NCBI GenBank assembly: GCA_012060505.1
Contig: GCA_012060505.1_3027.2
DNA from: a phage
Direction: 5' to 3' (one strand)
DNA: 15,812 bases
In this document: in pieces, positions 14,923-15,812 of the stretch
How the letters are laid out: the number at the start of each line of letters is the position of its first letter
Position numbering within the stretch: the first letter of the stretch is position 1
The notes under the pieces: generated by a model
What the model was told of the DNA's origin: nothing
Databases searched by the model: none
The model's input: only the letters and a program-made list of their open reading frames with translations
Position numbers and translations under genes: made by a program

Positions 14923-15201
14923 TTATTCTTTAAATCTAATCAATTTATTCATAGACTTTGAAACTTCTGCACGAACCTCATGTAAGTTTTTAAGCTGTTC
15001 AAGACGCTGCTCATAGTAAGCAATTTCATCTTCTTCGAGACAGTCCTGTGAATCTTCTTTAAGATAACGTGCATAGTCCTGGAAAGCTTTACGGACTACT
15101 TCCTGGAAATCATCAAGACTTTGAATTTTCTTAGGAGCGACAGATACACGACGAGGGGCAGTATAATACTCATAACCAAACCCTGCACTTAATTGAGCCA
15201 T
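14923..15201 (-). CDS. Hypothetical 92-aa protein
   Basis: Track ORF begins at a GTG; ATG at 15199-15201 forms a TAATG overlap with the upstream stop and is preferred. Confidence 0.55.
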   Translation of the reverse strand: MAQLSAGFGYEYYTAPRRVSVAPKKIQSLDDFQEVVRKAFQDYARYLKEDSQDCLEEDEIAYYEQRLEQLKNLHEVRAEVSKSMNKLIRFKE

Positions 15202-15467
15202 TAGTATTTTTCCTCTGGTTGGAACACTGCACGACAAGCCCACATACTGGCTTCTTTGAGTTTCGTTTTAGCAATAGTTAACTGATCGAGGCTTTCAGCA
15301 TAATTCTTCGCGAGTTCATCATCTTCACAGCTATCAAATGCTTCCCAAAATTCATCGTATAAAGCGTCAAAGATAAGTCCCAAACGAACTTCAGCGTCTT
15401 TAATAGCATTTACTTTACCGATTTTTTCGTCGGTATGTGGCTTATAACCTTTAATATCTTCAATCAT
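15201..15467 (-). CDS. Hypothetical 88-aa acidic protein
   Basis: Track ORF begins at a TTG; ATG at 15465-15467 has SD GAGGAAG and is preferred. Confidence 0.55.
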   Translation of the reverse strand: MIEDIKGYKPHTDEKIGKVNAIKDAEVRLGLIFDALYDEFWEAFDSCEDDELAKNYAESLDQLTIAKTKLKEASMWACRAVFQPEEKY

Positions 15468-15681
15468 ATTTGACTTCCTCACCAGTACATAAATCATATT
15501 CAACTAAACGAATAGGTTCATGAATGCCATATCCTTGAACAGAAATTTCTGTCGTAGGATAAATTCCATCAATATCACTCATGTTCCATGCTTCGTTAAA
15601 TTGCTGTTCGCCTGAATTACTAAACCACTCGGCGAAAGCATTTAGCACATCTTCAGAACCTTCAATAATTATCTTTGCCAT
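15460..15681 (-). CDS. Hypothetical 73-aa protein
   Basis: ORF track; ATG 15679-15681 overlaps the stop of the GrcA-like gene as TAATG. Confidence 0.6.
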   Translation of the reverse strand: MAKIIIEGSEDVLNAFAEWFSNSGEQQFNEAWNMSDIDGIYPTTEISVQGYGIHEPIRLVEYDLCTGEEVKYD

Positions 15682-15812
15682 TACAAACTCTCGGTAAAGG
15701 TACGAGCGATAACGTCGCGCTGCTGTTCCGGAGTCAGAGAGTTAAAGCGAACTGCATAACCGGATACACGGATGGTCAGCTGCGGATATTTTTCCGGATG
15801 CTTAACTGCATC
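15682..15812 (-). CDS. Autonomous glycyl-radical cofactor (GrcA/YfiD-type), C-terminal 43 aa only; gene starts beyond window end
   Basis: Minus-strand translation [43 protein letters not shown]-stop carries the PFL-type glycyl-radical motif RVSGYAV; segment is about 49% GC. Confidence 0.85.

Noticed and set aside
1-15812. tRNA genes, CRISPR arrays, transposases or homing endonucleases
   Set aside because: No cloverleaf-compatible segments, no regularly spaced direct repeats, and no GIY-YIG, HNH or DDE motifs were seen in any translation. Intergenic space is fully used by promoters and terminators.

Overview
This window reads as a densely packed, almost entirely minus-strand gene array from a T4-like (Tevenvirinae-type) lytic myovirus. 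Base composition is AT-rich (about one third GC by eye) and many adjacent genes overlap stop-to-start (ATGA or TAATG). Anchor genes I recognise from the translations are thymidine kinase (tk), the lysis-inhibition regulator rI with flanking rI.-1 and rI.1-like ORFs, a vs / lytic-transglycosylase / regB-like block, and the 3' end of a GrcA/YfiD-type glycyl-radical cofactor gene at the window edge. The lower 10 kb is a hyperplastic block of ORFans: five consecutive proteins with C-terminal coiled coils, an AAA+ ATPase next to a Pol-beta-fold nucleotidyltransferase, membrane proteins, tandem paralogs and a family of ~60-aa proteins. Intergenic spacers carry repeated T4-early-type promoters (GTTTAC -35, TGn-extended -10), two intrinsic terminators with UUCG loops, and one late-promoter TATAAATA box. 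No tRNA, rRNA, CRISPR array, transposase or homing endonuclease was seen. All gene names rest on recall and manual translation; no database search was possible. CDS coordinates include the stop codon, and several starts are moved inward from the ORF track where an ATG with a Shine-Dalgarno sits downstream of a promoter.
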